From Nitrospirota bacterium (lineage in GTDB: Bacteria; Nitrospirota; JACRHJ01): a stretch of 64,000 bases of DNA. The notes below the pieces were generated by a model. It saw only the letters and a list, made by a program, of their open reading frames with translations, was not told where the DNA came from and searched no databases. This document shows positions 20,150-31,989 of the stretch, piece after piece (within the stretch, counting starts at the first letter, position 1; each line of letters opens with the position of its first letter). The stretch is from NCBI GenBank assembly GCA_963845245.1, contig CAWJRJ010000017.1, positions 192,001 through 256,000 of the forward strand, read 5' to 3'. Position numbers and translations under genes: made by a program.

Positions 20150-20767
20150 TTACTTTCTGATCATCTGTATTGCGGGCAGGCTTATCCTCAGCACGGCCGA
20201 GATAGAAGAGGACGTACTGGCGTTTGTGAACGTGACAAGGCTGGTATTCGTCGGGTGGATTTGCGCCTTCAGCATGCCTCTTGCGCCGCCTGATTTAAGG
20301 ACGCCCTTGAAATCGACGTTGCCGTCCCACTGCACTATGCTGCCGCTGGTGCCGCTAACGGTCTTGGTGATGGGGTCGTATGTCGCATCGCCGCTGATCC
20401 AGACTGCGCCTGACGCCGGGACCGTACCTCTGTAGAGGTTGACGTTCGGCTGTACATAAGCGCCGGCGAAATCAACCCACACACCCTCAGAGAAGGTGAT
20501 GGAGCCATCTACCGACTTCACGCTCGTCGTTGAGTTGGTGAAGTTTATCGTCACGTTATTGCTTCTGCCCTTGTTCTTGGCGATAAACTTGTACTTCACG
20601 GGGGTGCTGTTGAGCAAGGCGGTTACCATGACGTTACCGCTCACGCACGCACCTTGATAAGACGCGGTGGACGTGCTGTTGAAAACAGGCTTTGGCGCTG
20701 CCGAAGAAACAACCGGCAGACCGAGTATTGCAATCGAAAGAATTGCTGTCAACCAAATCTTCTTCAT
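20150..20767 (-). CDS. Secreted beta-rich hypothetical protein
   Basis: SD GGAGGT, signal peptide MKKIWLTAILSIAILGLPVVSSA, Ser/Thr/Gly-rich body. Confidence 0.75.
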   Translation of the reverse strand: MKKIWLTAILSIAILGLPVVSSAAPKPVFNSTSTASYQGACVSGNVMVTALLNSTPVKYKFIAKNKGRSNNVTINFTNSTTSVKSVDGSITFSEGVWVDFAGAYVQPNVNLYRGTVPASGAVWISGDATYDPITKTVSGTSGSIVQWDGNVDFKGVLKSGGARGMLKAQIHPTNTSLVTFTNASTSSSISAVLRISLPAIQMIRK

Positions 20768-20994
20768 TTCCACCTCCACTGTTAAGGGATAAAAATACCT
20801 CCGCTACATTATGAAAGTAAATTTATCCCCCTCTGGTTATAATGTCAAATTAATATTCGTTAATTAACAGTATAGCACGAATTATAGAACATGTAGTAAC
20901 CGGGAATATACTTATCAATGGTTGAATTTCAAGAAATTATAAAGTATTATTAAATCCTTAAGAATACGAATAAATGGAGATCGGAGATTATAAA

Positions 20995-22207
20995 ATGGCT
21001 GAACAGGACCTGAGCGGTCTAAAGATAGAAAAATCCGGGTTCAAAGGCGGGGGCCGTGGAAATAAACGATATATATGGGTAGTCGTCGCGGTAGCCGTCG
21101 CTGTGGCGGCAGTCCTGCTTTATGGAGTATTCCGTCCTGGAGTGGAGGTAAACACCGCCCTGGTATCCATGGTTTATCCGTCCCAGACCTTCACAAAGCT
21201 CAACGCCAGCGGGTATGTGGTCGCCCAGAGGAAGGCCGCCGTAGCCGCCAAGGTTACCGGCAGGCTGATATGGCTGGGCGTGCGCGAGGGCAGCCGGGTA
21301 ACAAAGGGCGAGATAATCGCAAGGCTTGAGCAGGAGGACGTGAGCGCAATAAAAGAGCAGTCGGCCGCCACATTAAAGGAGACTACAGCGAACCTGGAGC
21401 AGGCCGAAGCCGAATACAGGGACGCTCAACTTAACCTCGACCGCATGAAGGATCTATTTAAACGGGACATTGTTGCCAAAGCCGACTACGACTCTGCAGA
21501 GGCGAGGTACAAAAAGGCTGCCGCAGCGGTATCCGGCGCACGGTACGCGATAAAGGCTGCCAAGGCCGTGCTGAAGGGCGCAGACGTAGCAGTGGAGTAC
21601 ACACTTATCCGCGCCCCGTTCGATGCTGTGGTCCTTACGAAGAATGCCGACATCGGCGACGTCGTCACCCCTATTGGCGCTTCCGCAAGCGCGCAGGCGG
21701 CCGTGGTCACGATTGCCGATATGGACTCGTTGGAGGTGGAGGTGGATGTCTCGGAATCAAACCTGGGTATGGTGAAGATGGGTCAGCCAGCCGAGATACA
21801 GCTTGACGCCCTGCCGGATGAGCGGTTCAGAGGCGAGGTGGCAACCATTGTGCCCACGGCGGACAGGACAAAGGCCACCGTGCTGGTGAAGGTGCGCTTC
21901 CTTGAGAAAGACAAACGCATCCTACCTGAGATGAGCGCCAAGGTCGCCTTTCTCGAGCATGATGTGCAGGCGGACCAGAAAAATCCGAGGCTTGCGGTTA
22001 ACCCGGCGGCAATAGCGAATATCCGCGGCAGACAGGTCGCGTATGTCATAAAGGACGGCCGCGTGGCCGAGACTACACGTGAAGACCGGCGGCAGGCTTG
22101 GAGACTGGATAGAGGTGACGAGCGGGCTGAAGGCGGGCGACAAGGTTGCCATATCCGCGCTTGACCGCCTGAAGAACGGCGCCAAGGTCACGGAACTGGA
22201 GAAGTAA
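20995..22207 (+). CDS. Efflux periplasmic adaptor (MacA/HlyD-like); frameshift near 22078
   Basis: N-terminal TM, LNASGYVVA..VTGRL, IRAPFDAVV, VDVSES, PEMSAKV. Confidence 0.9.
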
Positions 22208-22904
22208 ATGGAGCAGCCGCCAAAGCCGGTCGTCGAGATAAAAGGCCTCAGCAAATCGTACCTGAGGGGTAGCCAGGCTGTGCCGGTGCTTGAGGATATC
22301 AGCTTTGATATCATGGAGGGCGAGTTCGTCGCGCTTATGGGGCCGTCCGGCTCCGGCAAGAGCACGCTTTTGAACCTCATCGCCGGTCTCGACAAGGCGG
22401 ACTCCGGCATCGTCAGGGTAGGCGGAGTTGATATAACCGGCCTCTCCGAGACGGACCTTGCCTCCTGGCGCTCCGTCGAACGTCGGCTTCATCTTCCAGT
22501 TCTACAACCTCATCCCGGTGCTCACCGCGCTTGAGAACGTGGTGCTTCCGCTTCTTCTTACAGGGCTTTCAAAGAAGGAAAGGATAGAGCACGCAGTCAC
22601 CGCGCTCACCGTCGTCGGGCTTGGCGACAGGATGGACCATTACCCTTCACAGCTTTCCGGCGGCCAGCAGCAGCGGGTCGCTATTGCACGCGCGGTAGTG
22701 ACCGACCCGGAGATAATCGTTGCCGACGAGCCCACGGGCGACCTGGACAGGCATTCGGCGGAAGACGTCTTAAGCCTCATGGACAGGCTAAACCGCGAGT
22801 CCGGCAAGACTATTATTATGGTGACCCACGACCCCAGGGCCGCCGAAAAAGCGCACGTGCTCAGGCATCTTGAAAAAGGGGTGCTCACGGATGTTCCTTC
22901 TTAA
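22208..22904 (+). CDS. ABC transporter ATP-binding protein (LolD/MacB-type); frameshift near 22478
   Basis: [45 protein letters not shown]. Confidence 0.92.
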
Positions 22905-24050
22905 GCTCCTCCTAAAAAACGCCTTCAGGCACAAGCTCAGGACGGCCCTGACCGTGACCGGCATCGCTATCGCCATACTTGCCTTCGGCATGCTGCGCAC
23001 GGTGGTGGACGCTTGGTACGTTGGCGTGGAGGCCTCCTCCGCCACCCGCCTTGTCACCAGGAACTCCATATCCATAATCTTTCCCGCTCCCGCTTTCTTA
23101 TAACGAAAAGATAAGGCAGGTCGATGGGGTAAAGGCGGTCTCCTACGGCAACTGGTTCGGCGGCACCTACATAAATGAAAAGAACTTTATCGCCTCATTC
23201 GCCGTCGAGTCGAAGAGCTACCTCAAGATGTTCCCGGAGCTTATGCTCCCGCCCGACCAGGAAGCGGCCTATATGGCGGATAGGAAAGGCTGTTTTGTGG
23301 GTCGGAAGCTTGCGAAGCGTTTCGGCTGGAAGATAGGGGACACTATCACCCTGAAGGGCAACATTTTCCCTGGGAACTGGGAGTTCGTCCTGAGGGGGAT
23401 CTACAAGGGCAAATACAAAAGCACCCCCGAGGACCAGTTCAGGTTCCACTGGGACTATTTAAACGAGACGCTCAAGAAGACAGTGCCCCGGAGGGCGGAC
23501 CAGGTCGGTTTTTATATGATAGAGGTGAAAAAACCGGAACTTGCAGCGCCGGTCGCGGTTAAGATCGACAACATGTTCAAGAACTCGCTTGCTGAGACCA
23601 TAACCGAGACAGAGAAGGCGTTCCAGCTTGGATTCATAGCCATGACCGAGGCGATCGTGATGGCCATAAAGATGGTGTCTTACGTCGTCATAATAATCAT
23701 AATGGCGGTGGCGGCAAACACGATGGCGATGACGGCGAGGGAGAGGATAGGGGAGCACGCGGTATTGAAGACGCTGGGCTTCGGTGCGCCGTACATAGTG
23801 CTTCTCGTGTTCGGGGAATCCCTGGTCGTCTCTACGGCCGGCACTATTTTGGGGATAGTACTGACTTATCCCGCTGCCGGAGTGTTTGCCGACAAGCTCG
23901 GGGATTGGTTCCCGGTCTTCAACGTATCGCAACGTACAATTTTTATGGATATAGCAGCCGGGATTGTAGTCGGGCTTGACGGCGGCGGTGTTCCCGAGCT
24001 GGCGGGCGGTTAGGCTTCGCATAGCCGACGGCCTGAGGAGGATAGGATAG
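22891..24050 (+). CDS. ABC permease (FtsX/MacB family); frameshifts near 23085 and 23975
   Basis: [39 protein letters not shown]. Confidence 0.85.
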
Positions 24051-24051
24051 A

Positions 24052-25219
24052 GTGTCCATCCTTTTCTTTTACAGTTTCAGGAACCTCCTGACAAGAAGGC
24101 TTACTACGGCCCTGACCGCGGGCGGGATGGCGCTGGTGGTGTTCGTGTTCGCGTCCGTGCTGATGCTTTCGGAGGGTCTTGAAAAAGACGCTGGTGGATA
24201 CCGGCTCGTACGACAACGTTGTCGTGATAAGGAAGGCTGCCGAGTCCGAGGTACAAAGCGGGGTGGAGCGTGTGCAGGCATCGATAATGGAATCCCAGCC
24301 CGAGATCGCGGTGGACAAGGACGGGGTAAGGCTTCTTGCAAAGGAGCTGGTGGTGCTTATAAACCTTCCCAAACGCGGCAGCGACAAACCTTCCAATGTG
24401 GAGATAAGGGGGGTTGCGAAGAAGTCCATGGACCTTCGGCCGCAGGTGAAGCTGGTCGAGGGCCGGATGTTCAGGCCTGGTTCCGCTGAGATAATAGCCG
24501 GACGGGGCGTGGCAAAACGCTTCAAGGGCGCCGGTCTGGGTGAGACTATCAGGTTCGGGATGCGGGACTGGACGGTGGTCGGGATATTCGATGCGGGCAA
24601 CACCGGGTTCAACTCCGAGATCTGGGGTGACGTGGACCAGATGATGCAGGCGTTTCGGAGGCCCGTCTATTCCTCCGTGATATTCAAGCTGGCCAACCCT
24701 TCCGATTTTGAGAAGTTCAAGACGCGCGTTGAGTCCGACCCGCGCCTCTCAGTAGATGCGAAGCGGGAGAACAAGTATTACGCGGACCAGTCCGAGATGA
24801 TGGCGAAGTTTCTGAGGATACTGGGCATCTCGCTAACTGTCATATTCTCGATCGGCGCGGTGATCGGCGCAATGATAACAATGTACGCCGCGGTGTCAAA
24901 CCGGGTGAGCGAGATCGGGACGTTGCGCGCGCTGGGCTTTCAGAAGGGGAGCATTCATGCGGCGTTCCTTATGGAGTCTTTGCTGCTGGGGTTTATCGGG
25001 GGATGCGCCGGGCTGCTCTTCGCCTCGTTCCTCCAGTTCTTTACGATATCCACTATGAACTGGCAGACATTCTCGGAGCTTGCATTTACCTTCTCGCTCA
25101 CTCCGGAAATCATCTGGAAGTCTCTGGTATTCTCGCTTGTGATGGGGCTGGTGGGCGGGGTGCTTCCTGCATTCCGCGCCGCCAACATGAACATCATCGA
25201 GGCGCTCAGGACGAGCTGA
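24052..25219 (+). CDS. ABC permease (FtsX/MacB family); frameshift near 24185
   Basis: RNLLTRRLTTALT, TMYAAVSNRVSEIGTLRALGF, PAFRAA. Confidence 0.88.
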
Positions 25220-25225
25220 TAAGAA

Positions 25226-25250
25226 AAGGGCTGGCAGTTAGCCAGCCCTT
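25226..25250. terminator. Bidirectional terminator
   Basis: AAGGGCTGGC / GCCAGCCCTT between convergent genes. Confidence 0.7.
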
Positions 25251-25276
25251 GGATTTGTTTTTCAAACTTCCAGTTG

Positions 25277-25915
25277 TCACGCCACCTTCGGGATGTCCCG
25301 CTTCTCTTCGGCAATTACTGATTTTTCATGCTCGTACGATGATATCGCCGAGAGTATGCCGACCCTGCCTCCGCTGTATGCTGCTATGAAGTTCAGGATC
25401 AACCCGATGAAACCGGCAATGGCCGCGTTGGTGATCATTACCATGGTCTCGTTTGAAACAACCGCGTTTCCTACCATGTTCATCAGCCCTTTTCCTACGA
25501 TGCCGTTGATGCCGGCATAGAGGATGCTTAACGGGTTGTTAAGCATCGAAAGGGAGAACACGGTAACCAGGCCCCACACCACGACGCCGTGCAGGCTCCC
25601 GATCAACGGGGTCAACGATCCAGACAGCCTTCCGCTTACCCAGCCGCCTCCATAAAATGCGAGTATGGCCGAGATGCCCAGCCATAAGTCGACGCCTGCC
25701 GTCATCTTGCCAATAGGCGAGATCAGCATGGAGGGCGTCAATGCCCCTACAGCCAATCCGAACATGCTAAGGCTGGCCAGGATTACAAGCGATGTGAACG
25801 CGCCGGCGAAAATGGCGCCCCAAGATGTATGTTTGATCAGACTCTTATCCGTCTCTACTCCGTAGGTCTTTACGGTATTGAAGACTCCTTTTTTTATCCC
25901 ATATCCGATTGCCAT
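25277..25915 (-). CDS. Hypothetical 4-TM membrane protein
   Basis: SWGAIFAGA..GLAVG..AFYGGGWVSGRL..LHGVVVWGL. Confidence 0.75.
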   Translation of the reverse strand: MAIGYGIKKGVFNTVKTYGVETDKSLIKHTSWGAIFAGAFTSLVILASLSMFGLAVGALTPSMLISPIGKMTAGVDLWLGISAILAFYGGGWVSGRLSGSLTPLIGSLHGVVVWGLVTVFSLSMLNNPLSILYAGINGIVGKGLMNMVGNAVVSNETMVMITNAAIAGFIGLILNFIAAYSGGRVGILSAISSYEHEKSVIAEEKRDIPKVA

Positions 25916-26059
25916 ATCTATACCTCTATTCCTCTGTTCTGCCTCCCTATTAATATATTATATTACTTTGATTAGATTAGTCAAGTATCTGGAGGGCAAA
26001 TTGAACGGCGAAAACAAAAAAGGGCTGCGGCAATCTGCCACAACCCTTAGATGGTTTTA

Positions 26060-26135
26060 TGGTGGAGCTGATCGGGATCGAACCGACGACCTATGCGTTG
26101 CGAACGCATCGCTCTCCCAACTGAGCTACAGCCCC
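26060..26135 (-). tRNA. tRNA-Ala(CGC)
   Basis: Reverse complement GGGGCTGTAGCTCAGTTGGGAGAGCG-ATGCG-TTCGCAA-CGCAT..GGTTCGATCCCGATCAGCTCCACCA; G3:U70 pair. Confidence 0.96.
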
Positions 26136-26147
26136 TCAAAGGCCTCT

Positions 26148-26234
26148 AAAGTACCAGAAAAAAAATCCACCGTCAAGAGAAAAGGGGCGAAGTATGCATT
26201 TTCCCTTGCCTTTTTTTACCCTCCGCTATATCAT
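26148..26234. promoter_or_regulatory. Divergent promoters (tRNA-Ala, valS)
   Basis: Minus TTGACG-N17-TACTTT (26176-26148); plus TTGCCT-N17-TATCAT (26206-26234). Confidence 0.55.
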
Positions 26235-26274
26235 TATTGTTTTTAAGCAAACTTCATGAAAGGGGCTTTTCTTA

Positions 26275-28934
26275 ATGCCGAAAGAGCTGGAAAAGGTTTA
26301 CGAGCCGCGTTCCGTGGAAGACCGCTGGTACAAGGAGTGGGTGGAGAAGCAGTACTTCCATGCCGACCCTGCAAAGGACGGAAAGCCATTCTCTATAGTC
26401 ATCCCGCCGCCCAACGTAACGGGCGTGCTTCACATGGGCCACGCCCTGAACAATACGCTCCAGGACGCCCTGTGCCGCTGGAAGCGGATGGCGGATTCAA
26501 CGTCCTTTGGATGCCAGGCACCGACCACGCGGGCATCGCCACCCAGAACGTCGTGGAGCGTCAGCTTGCGGCCGAGGGTACGACCCGCCACGCCTACGGA
26601 CGTGAGAAGTTTATCGAACGTGTCTGGCGTTGGCGCGAGGAGTCCGGCGGCACGATAATAAACCAGCTCAAAAGGCTGGGCGCGTCCTGCGACTGGGAGC
26701 GCGAACGCTTCACGATGGACGAGGGGCTCTCCCGCGCGGTGCGCGAGGTGTTCGTCAGGCTTTATGAAGAGGGCCTGATATACAGGGGCGACTACATCAT
26801 CAACTGGTGCCCCAGGTGCATGACCGCGCTTTCCGACCTCGAGGTCGAACACGAGGACAAGGGCGGAAAGCTTTATTACCTAAGCTATCCTCTCAGCGAC
26901 GGTTCCGGCCATGTGATGGTCGCAACCACCCGGCCCGAGACGATGCTTGGCGATACCGCCGTCGCGGTGAACCCGGACGACGAACGGTACAAGAAGCTTA
27001 TCGGGAAACGTATCACGCTGCCGGTCTCAAACCGCGACATACCCATTATCGCGGACGCGTATGTTGACCCGGCATTCGGCACCGGCGCGGTAAAGATAAC
27101 CCCGGCGCACGACCCGAACGACTTCGAGATAGGCCGGAGGCACAACCTGCCGATGGTCAGGGTGATGAACGACGACGGCACGATGTCGGATGAGGCCGGG
27201 AAGTACAAGGGCCTTGACCGCTTCGATGCGAGGGCGAAGCTGTTGATCGAGCTTGACCGCGGCGGCTTCTTAGAGAGGGTGGAGGAACACGCGCATTCCG
27301 TCGGCCATTGCTACCGCTGCAGGACGGTCGTCGAGCCGTCGGTCTCGAAGCAGTGGTTCGTGAAGATGAAGCCTCTTGCCGAGCCAGCCATCGAGGCGGT
27401 CAAGAAGGGCGAGGTACGCATAATCCCCAAAAGCTGGGAGAACACCTATTTCGACTGGATGAACAACATCCGCGACTGGTGCATATCTCGCCAGATATGG
27501 TGGGGCCACCGCATACCCGCGTGGTACTGCGAAGAGTGCGGCGAGGTAATAGTCTCGCGCGAGGACCCGGTCGTCTGCACCAAATGCGGCAGCCGCAAGA
27601 TCACCCGCGACCCGGACGTGCTGGACACCTGGTTTTCCTCGGCGCTCTGGCCGTTCTCCACTATGGGCTGGCCGGACAAGACCCCGGAACTCGACCTCTA
27701 TTACCCGACGACCGTGCTGGTGACGGCCTTCGACATCCTGTTCTTCTGGGTCGCCCGTATGATAATGATGGGCATCAAGGTAATGGACAAGCCGCCTTTC
27801 GCGGACGTCTATATCCATGCGCTCGTGCGCGACGCGCAGGGCCAGAAGATGTCCAAGTCCAAGGGCAACGTCATAGACCCGCTCGTCATGGTGGACAAGT
27901 ACGGCACCGACGCGTTCCGGTTCACGATGGCCGCGATGGCCGCGCAGGGCCGCGACATAAGGCTGTCCGAGGAGCGCATCGAGGGCTACAGGAACTTCTG
28001 CAACAAGATATGGAACGCCGCGCGGTTCATACACATGAACCTGGGCGAGTTTGCAGGCCACGCCGCTTGTGAAGGATGAGCTTACCACGCTTCCGGACAG
28101 GTGGATAGTGAGCCGCATGAACGCCGTCGCAGCCGAGGTGGACAAGGCGCTTACGGATTACCGCTTCAACGACGCGGCGAACGCGCTCTATCAGTTCGCA
28201 TGGCACGAGTTCTGCGACTGGTACCTGGAGCTGATAAAACCGGTGCTCTATAGCGATGACGGCCCCGCGAAGAGGGCGACGCTCAACTGCCTCGTCAACG
28301 TCTTCGAGAAGACGATGCGGATGCTCCACCCGTTCATGCCGTTCATCACCGAGGAGATATGGCAGAGCCTGCCGCTCACAGGGCAGCCCGCGTCCATCAT
28401 GATAGCCGAGTTCCCGGTTCACGACCCGACGTTTGTGGATGCCGAGGCCGAGGCCGGGATAAAGACCCTCGTGGATATCATCACCGGCATCAGGAACATC
28501 CGGGGCGAGATGAACATCAACCCGTCCGTGGAACTTTCGGCGAAGGTCAAGGTGCTTCGTCCCGAGTTGAAGGATTCCATTGAGGCCAACTCGAACTACA
28601 TCCTCAAGCTCTCAAGGCTCAAGGATATCGAGGTGGGTCTTGACACCGCGAAGCCGAAGATGTCCGCCGTCGCCGTAACCCCGGAGACGGAAGTCTATGT
28701 GCCGCTTGAGGGCGCTGTCGATATCGACGCCGAACTCGACGCGCCTTAAGAAAAGAGATAGACAAAGCCGAGAAAGAAGTAAAACCCTTCGAGGCCAAGC
28801 TGGCGAACGAGGGCTTCGTGAAGAAGGCCCCGCCCGAGGTGCTTGAGAAGACGCGCGGGATAATCGAAGAGCTGACGCAGAAGAAGGATAAACTCACCGA
28901 GAGCTTGAACAGGCTGGAGGGGATGAGAGAATAA
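26275..28934 (+). CDS. valS: Valine--tRNA ligase; frameshifts near 26490, 28055, 28742
   Basis: [41 protein letters not shown]-terminal coiled coil. Confidence 0.96.
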
Positions 28935-29776
28935 TGGACCCGTTCATAGTAAATGAAATTATCTCCCGCGCACTCGCCGAAGACATCGGCCACGGCGATA
29001 TAACCACGCAGGTCACGGTTGACCCGGAGGCGGAAGGCAAGGCCATTATCGTTGCCAAGGAGGACATGGTCCTCTGCGGGCATAGACGTATTCCTGGAGG
29101 TATTCCTTACGCTCGACCCGAGGATTGACTTCTCCTGCGAGTTCATGGACGGGGACGTCATAGCGAACGGGAACATAATCGCGGAACTTGCGGGGCCATC
29201 TGGCGACCCTGCTGACGGGCGAGCGCGTCGCGCTTAACCTGCTCCAGAGGATGAGCGGCATAGCCACTCTTACGTCTAAGTACGCGCATGGCTGTATCCG
29301 GCACGAAGGCGCGGATACTCGATACCCGCAAGACCACGCCCGGCCTTCGGGTGCTTGAGAAATACGCCGTAACCGTGGGCGGCGGCCACAACCACCGCTT
29401 CGGCCTGTCGGACGGCATACTGATAAAGGACAACCACATCGCGGCGGCAGGCGGCATAAAGAAGGCCGTCGAGTCCGCAAGGGACCTGGCCCCGCACACG
29501 CTCAAGATAGAGGTCGAGTGTAGCACCATCGCGCAGGTCAATGAAGCGCTCGCCGTCGGAGCCGACATCATAATGCTTGACAACATGGACAACAAGACGA
29601 TGAAGTCCGCCGTGAAGACGATTGCGGGCAAGGCGCTTGTTGAGGCGTCCGGGAACATGTCCCTTGAGCGCGTGGCCGATGTCGCCAAGACCGGGGTTGA
29701 CTTCATTTCCGTCGGGGCGCTCACACACTCCGCGCCCGCAATAGATATCATGCGAGTTAAATCCTGCCTCCACTGA
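28934..29776 (+). CDS. nadC: Quinolinate phosphoribosyltransferase; several frameshifts
   Basis: ALAEDIGHGDITT, ERVALNLLQRMSGIAT, DTRKTTPG, NHRFGL, IKDNH, MLDNM, SVGALTHSA. Confidence 0.93.
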
Positions 29777-29796
29777 CGGAGTAGCAAAGTGATTGT

Positions 29797-30771
29797 TTGT
29801 CAAACCATTCAGATAAAATCCTCTCCTTATTAATCAAACACAAAGACTCCTATACCTCCGGCCAGACCATGGCCGACAGTCTGGGAATAACCCGCGCCGC
29901 AATATGGAAGGCGATCGAGAACCTGCGCGCCGACGGCTACGAGATCGAGTCGGTAAAGGCGAAAGGCTACAGGCTGAAGGGTGTGCCGGACATCCTGGGC
30001 GAACGCGAGATACTGCCCGGCCTGAAAACCGGGATACTCGGGAAAAGGATTATCTGCCTACCAGAGGTTGACTCGACGAACGCGTACGCCGCAAAGCTTG
30101 CGGTGGACGGCGAGCCGGAGGGGACGGTCGTAATAGCGGAACATCAGACTGCTGGCAGAGGCAGGCTCGGCAGGAAATGGGTATCGCCTCCCGGAGTGAA
30201 CATCTATGCAAGTATCATCCTGAGGCCGAAGGTCCCGCCGAGGGATGCGCCGCTGATTACGTTTGTCGCCGCCGTCGCACTCGCGCGGACGGTGAGGGGG
30301 CTGTACAATATTGACGCGGGCATAAAATGGCCCAACGACCTGCTGATAAACGGCAGGAAGTCCGCAGGCATACTGACAGAGATGAGCGCAGAGCCCGAGC
30401 TTGTCAGGCACATAATACTTGGTGTGGGGATAGACGTTAACATGCCGCGCGATGCCTTCCCGAAAGAGATAAGAGATATCTCGACATCCATCATGCTTGA
30501 ACTGGGCGGGAAGGTGAACAGGGCGGAGCTTCTGAGGCGTTTCCTTGAAGAGCTTGAGATAAGCTACCTGATGATGGTCGATGGCAGGCGCGCGGAGATA
30601 CTGGACGAATGGCGCTCCCTTTCGGTAACACTTGGGCGCAATGTACGGGTGACAAGCCTGGCAGGGGAGAAGACCGGTTTTGCGCGTGATATAGACCAGG
30701 AAGGTGGATTGATTCTGGAGGTTGACGGAAAGCTTGAAACCGTGACCAGCGGGGACGTGGGGTTTGTTTGA
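29797..30771 (+). CDS. birA: Bifunctional biotin ligase/repressor
   Basis: HTH SGQTMADSLGITRAAIWK; DSTN, QTAGRGRLGRKW, KWPNDL, KSAGILTE. Confidence 0.95.
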   Translation: MSNHSDKILSLLIKHKDSYTSGQTMADSLGITRAAIWKAIENLRADGYEIESVKAKGYRLKGVPDILGEREILPGLKTGILGKRIICLPEVDSTNAYAAKLAVDGEPEGTVVIAEHQTAGRGRLGRKWVSPPGVNIYASIILRPKVPPRDAPLITFVAAVALARTVRGLYNIDAGIKWPNDLLINGRKSAGILTEMSAEPELVRHIILGVGIDVNMPRDAFPKEIRDISTSIMLELGGKVNRAELLRRFLEELEISYLMMVDGRRAEILDEWRSLSVTLGRNVRVTSLAGEKTGFARDIDQEGGLILEVDGKLETVTSGDVGFV

Positions 30772-30926
30772 GAAAATGAAAAGGAAGGGACCCGTCACAT
30801 AATACTTATTTTGGTTTTCACCATTTAGGTATATGTGATTTCCCTTCCTCATCTATAGGCAAGGCGTTTATGTTATACTTACTTGGGTTTTAACCTTTTC
30901 TGTATATTTATTTTCCTTGCCTATTG
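30772..30926 (-). ncRNA. Candidate small RNA with two tandem homologous hairpins (unassigned)
   Basis: Stems 30782-30849 and 30855-30924; 33-nt cores 27/33 identical; upstream minus-strand promoter; U-rich 3' end; no credible ORF. Confidence 0.55.
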
Positions 30927-30932
30927 ATTACA

Positions 30933-30960
30933 ACTATAGCAGATAATTTTAGTTTGTCAA
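30933..30960 (-). promoter_or_regulatory. Promoter of the candidate sRNA
   Basis: Minus strand TTGACA-N16-TATAGT with TG extended -10. Confidence 0.6.
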
Positions 30961-30986
30961 ATCGTGTCAATTCGGGCCGGAAAATC

Positions 30987-31881
30987 CTACCACCAGCGCC
31001 ATAAGGCTATTATCCCCAGCACCAGGAAAACGATTATGAGGTTTGAATAGGCGAAGAAGTAGAAGACGGCTTTCGGGCCGCCGGGGCCTTTTTTGTGCCC
31101 GGCCACAAGGGTACCCGCCTTCGGAAACGCCAAAAGCTTGACAGTGTCATGAGGCGCCTGCTTTATTTCAGACGAGAGGTCGTTTCCAGCCATGTGTCTG
31201 GTATGTTTGCCGTTCTTCCACAGCCTGCTTTCGGTCACGTCGTATATGATACCTTCGACAGCTACCAGGGCCTTTCTGCCCTCCTTGCCGTCGAACGACC
31301 TCAGCTCGTCCGGAGTCAGCTCCCCGCCGATAGCCACGGGAGCGGCCATCCTCTTCTTCATGCGCGGCCCCAGAACAAAAGTGACGAGTACCGCCGTCCC
31401 GGCCATGAAGAGGTACAGGAATATCTTAATGGAAAGCAGTATCCCGAAACTGGTGGCATAGAAGGATTCCCAGGAGGGCATGCGTGCGTATGTCAGGAGC
31501 GCGCCCGTGACGCCGACCACGGCGATGCCGGTCCAGCCTAGTATCAGTTCGCCTTTAGGCAGGCCCTTTGAGGCGTAAGCGGGCTTGAGCAGTATATGGA
31601 CGTAAAAGATAGTACCAAACCAGACGACTCCGGCAAGTATGTGAAAATATCCGATTATGAGGCGGGCAATGCGTCTGAAAAGTCCAAGCGGGCGGTAGGA
31701 ACCGGTTGAAATTAGAGTCGCCTTAAACTGTTCGCCCAGCAAGGTCAGCTCTCCTCCGCCAAGGGGGTTGACATGGCAGACACGGCATTCAAGGCCTGTC
31801 TTTGCTGCATACTCCTCGGTCGCGAATGCCTGCGAGGCGAACAAGTACAATGAATGCCAATGCAAAAAAAGAAGCTCTCAT
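30987..31881 (-). CDS. Heme c / CopD-like membrane / cytochrome b5-like fusion protein; frameshift in signal peptide near 31845
   Basis: ATG at 31881 MRASFFALAFIVL|FASQAFA; CRVCH; TM segment FHILAGVVWFGTIFYVH; FDGKEG..VAVEGIIYDVT..HMAGNDL..APH. Confidence 0.8.
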
Positions 31882-31989
31882 GCGCAGGATTATAGCAAAA
31901 AGATCCGGGTTTTACTAATGTTGTTTCTTTTTTAAAAACTTGCTTTGAACCGGTCTCATTGGTATATTGAGGGAAAAAGGAGGCATGGC

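Noticed and set aside
30772..30926. CRISPR array, IS110 bridge RNA, 6S RNA or BirA operator as identity of the hairpin pair
   Set aside because: Only two degenerate units; no cas or recombinase gene in the window; not a single long rod; no TGTAAACC/TGTCAACC-N14-16 inverted pair
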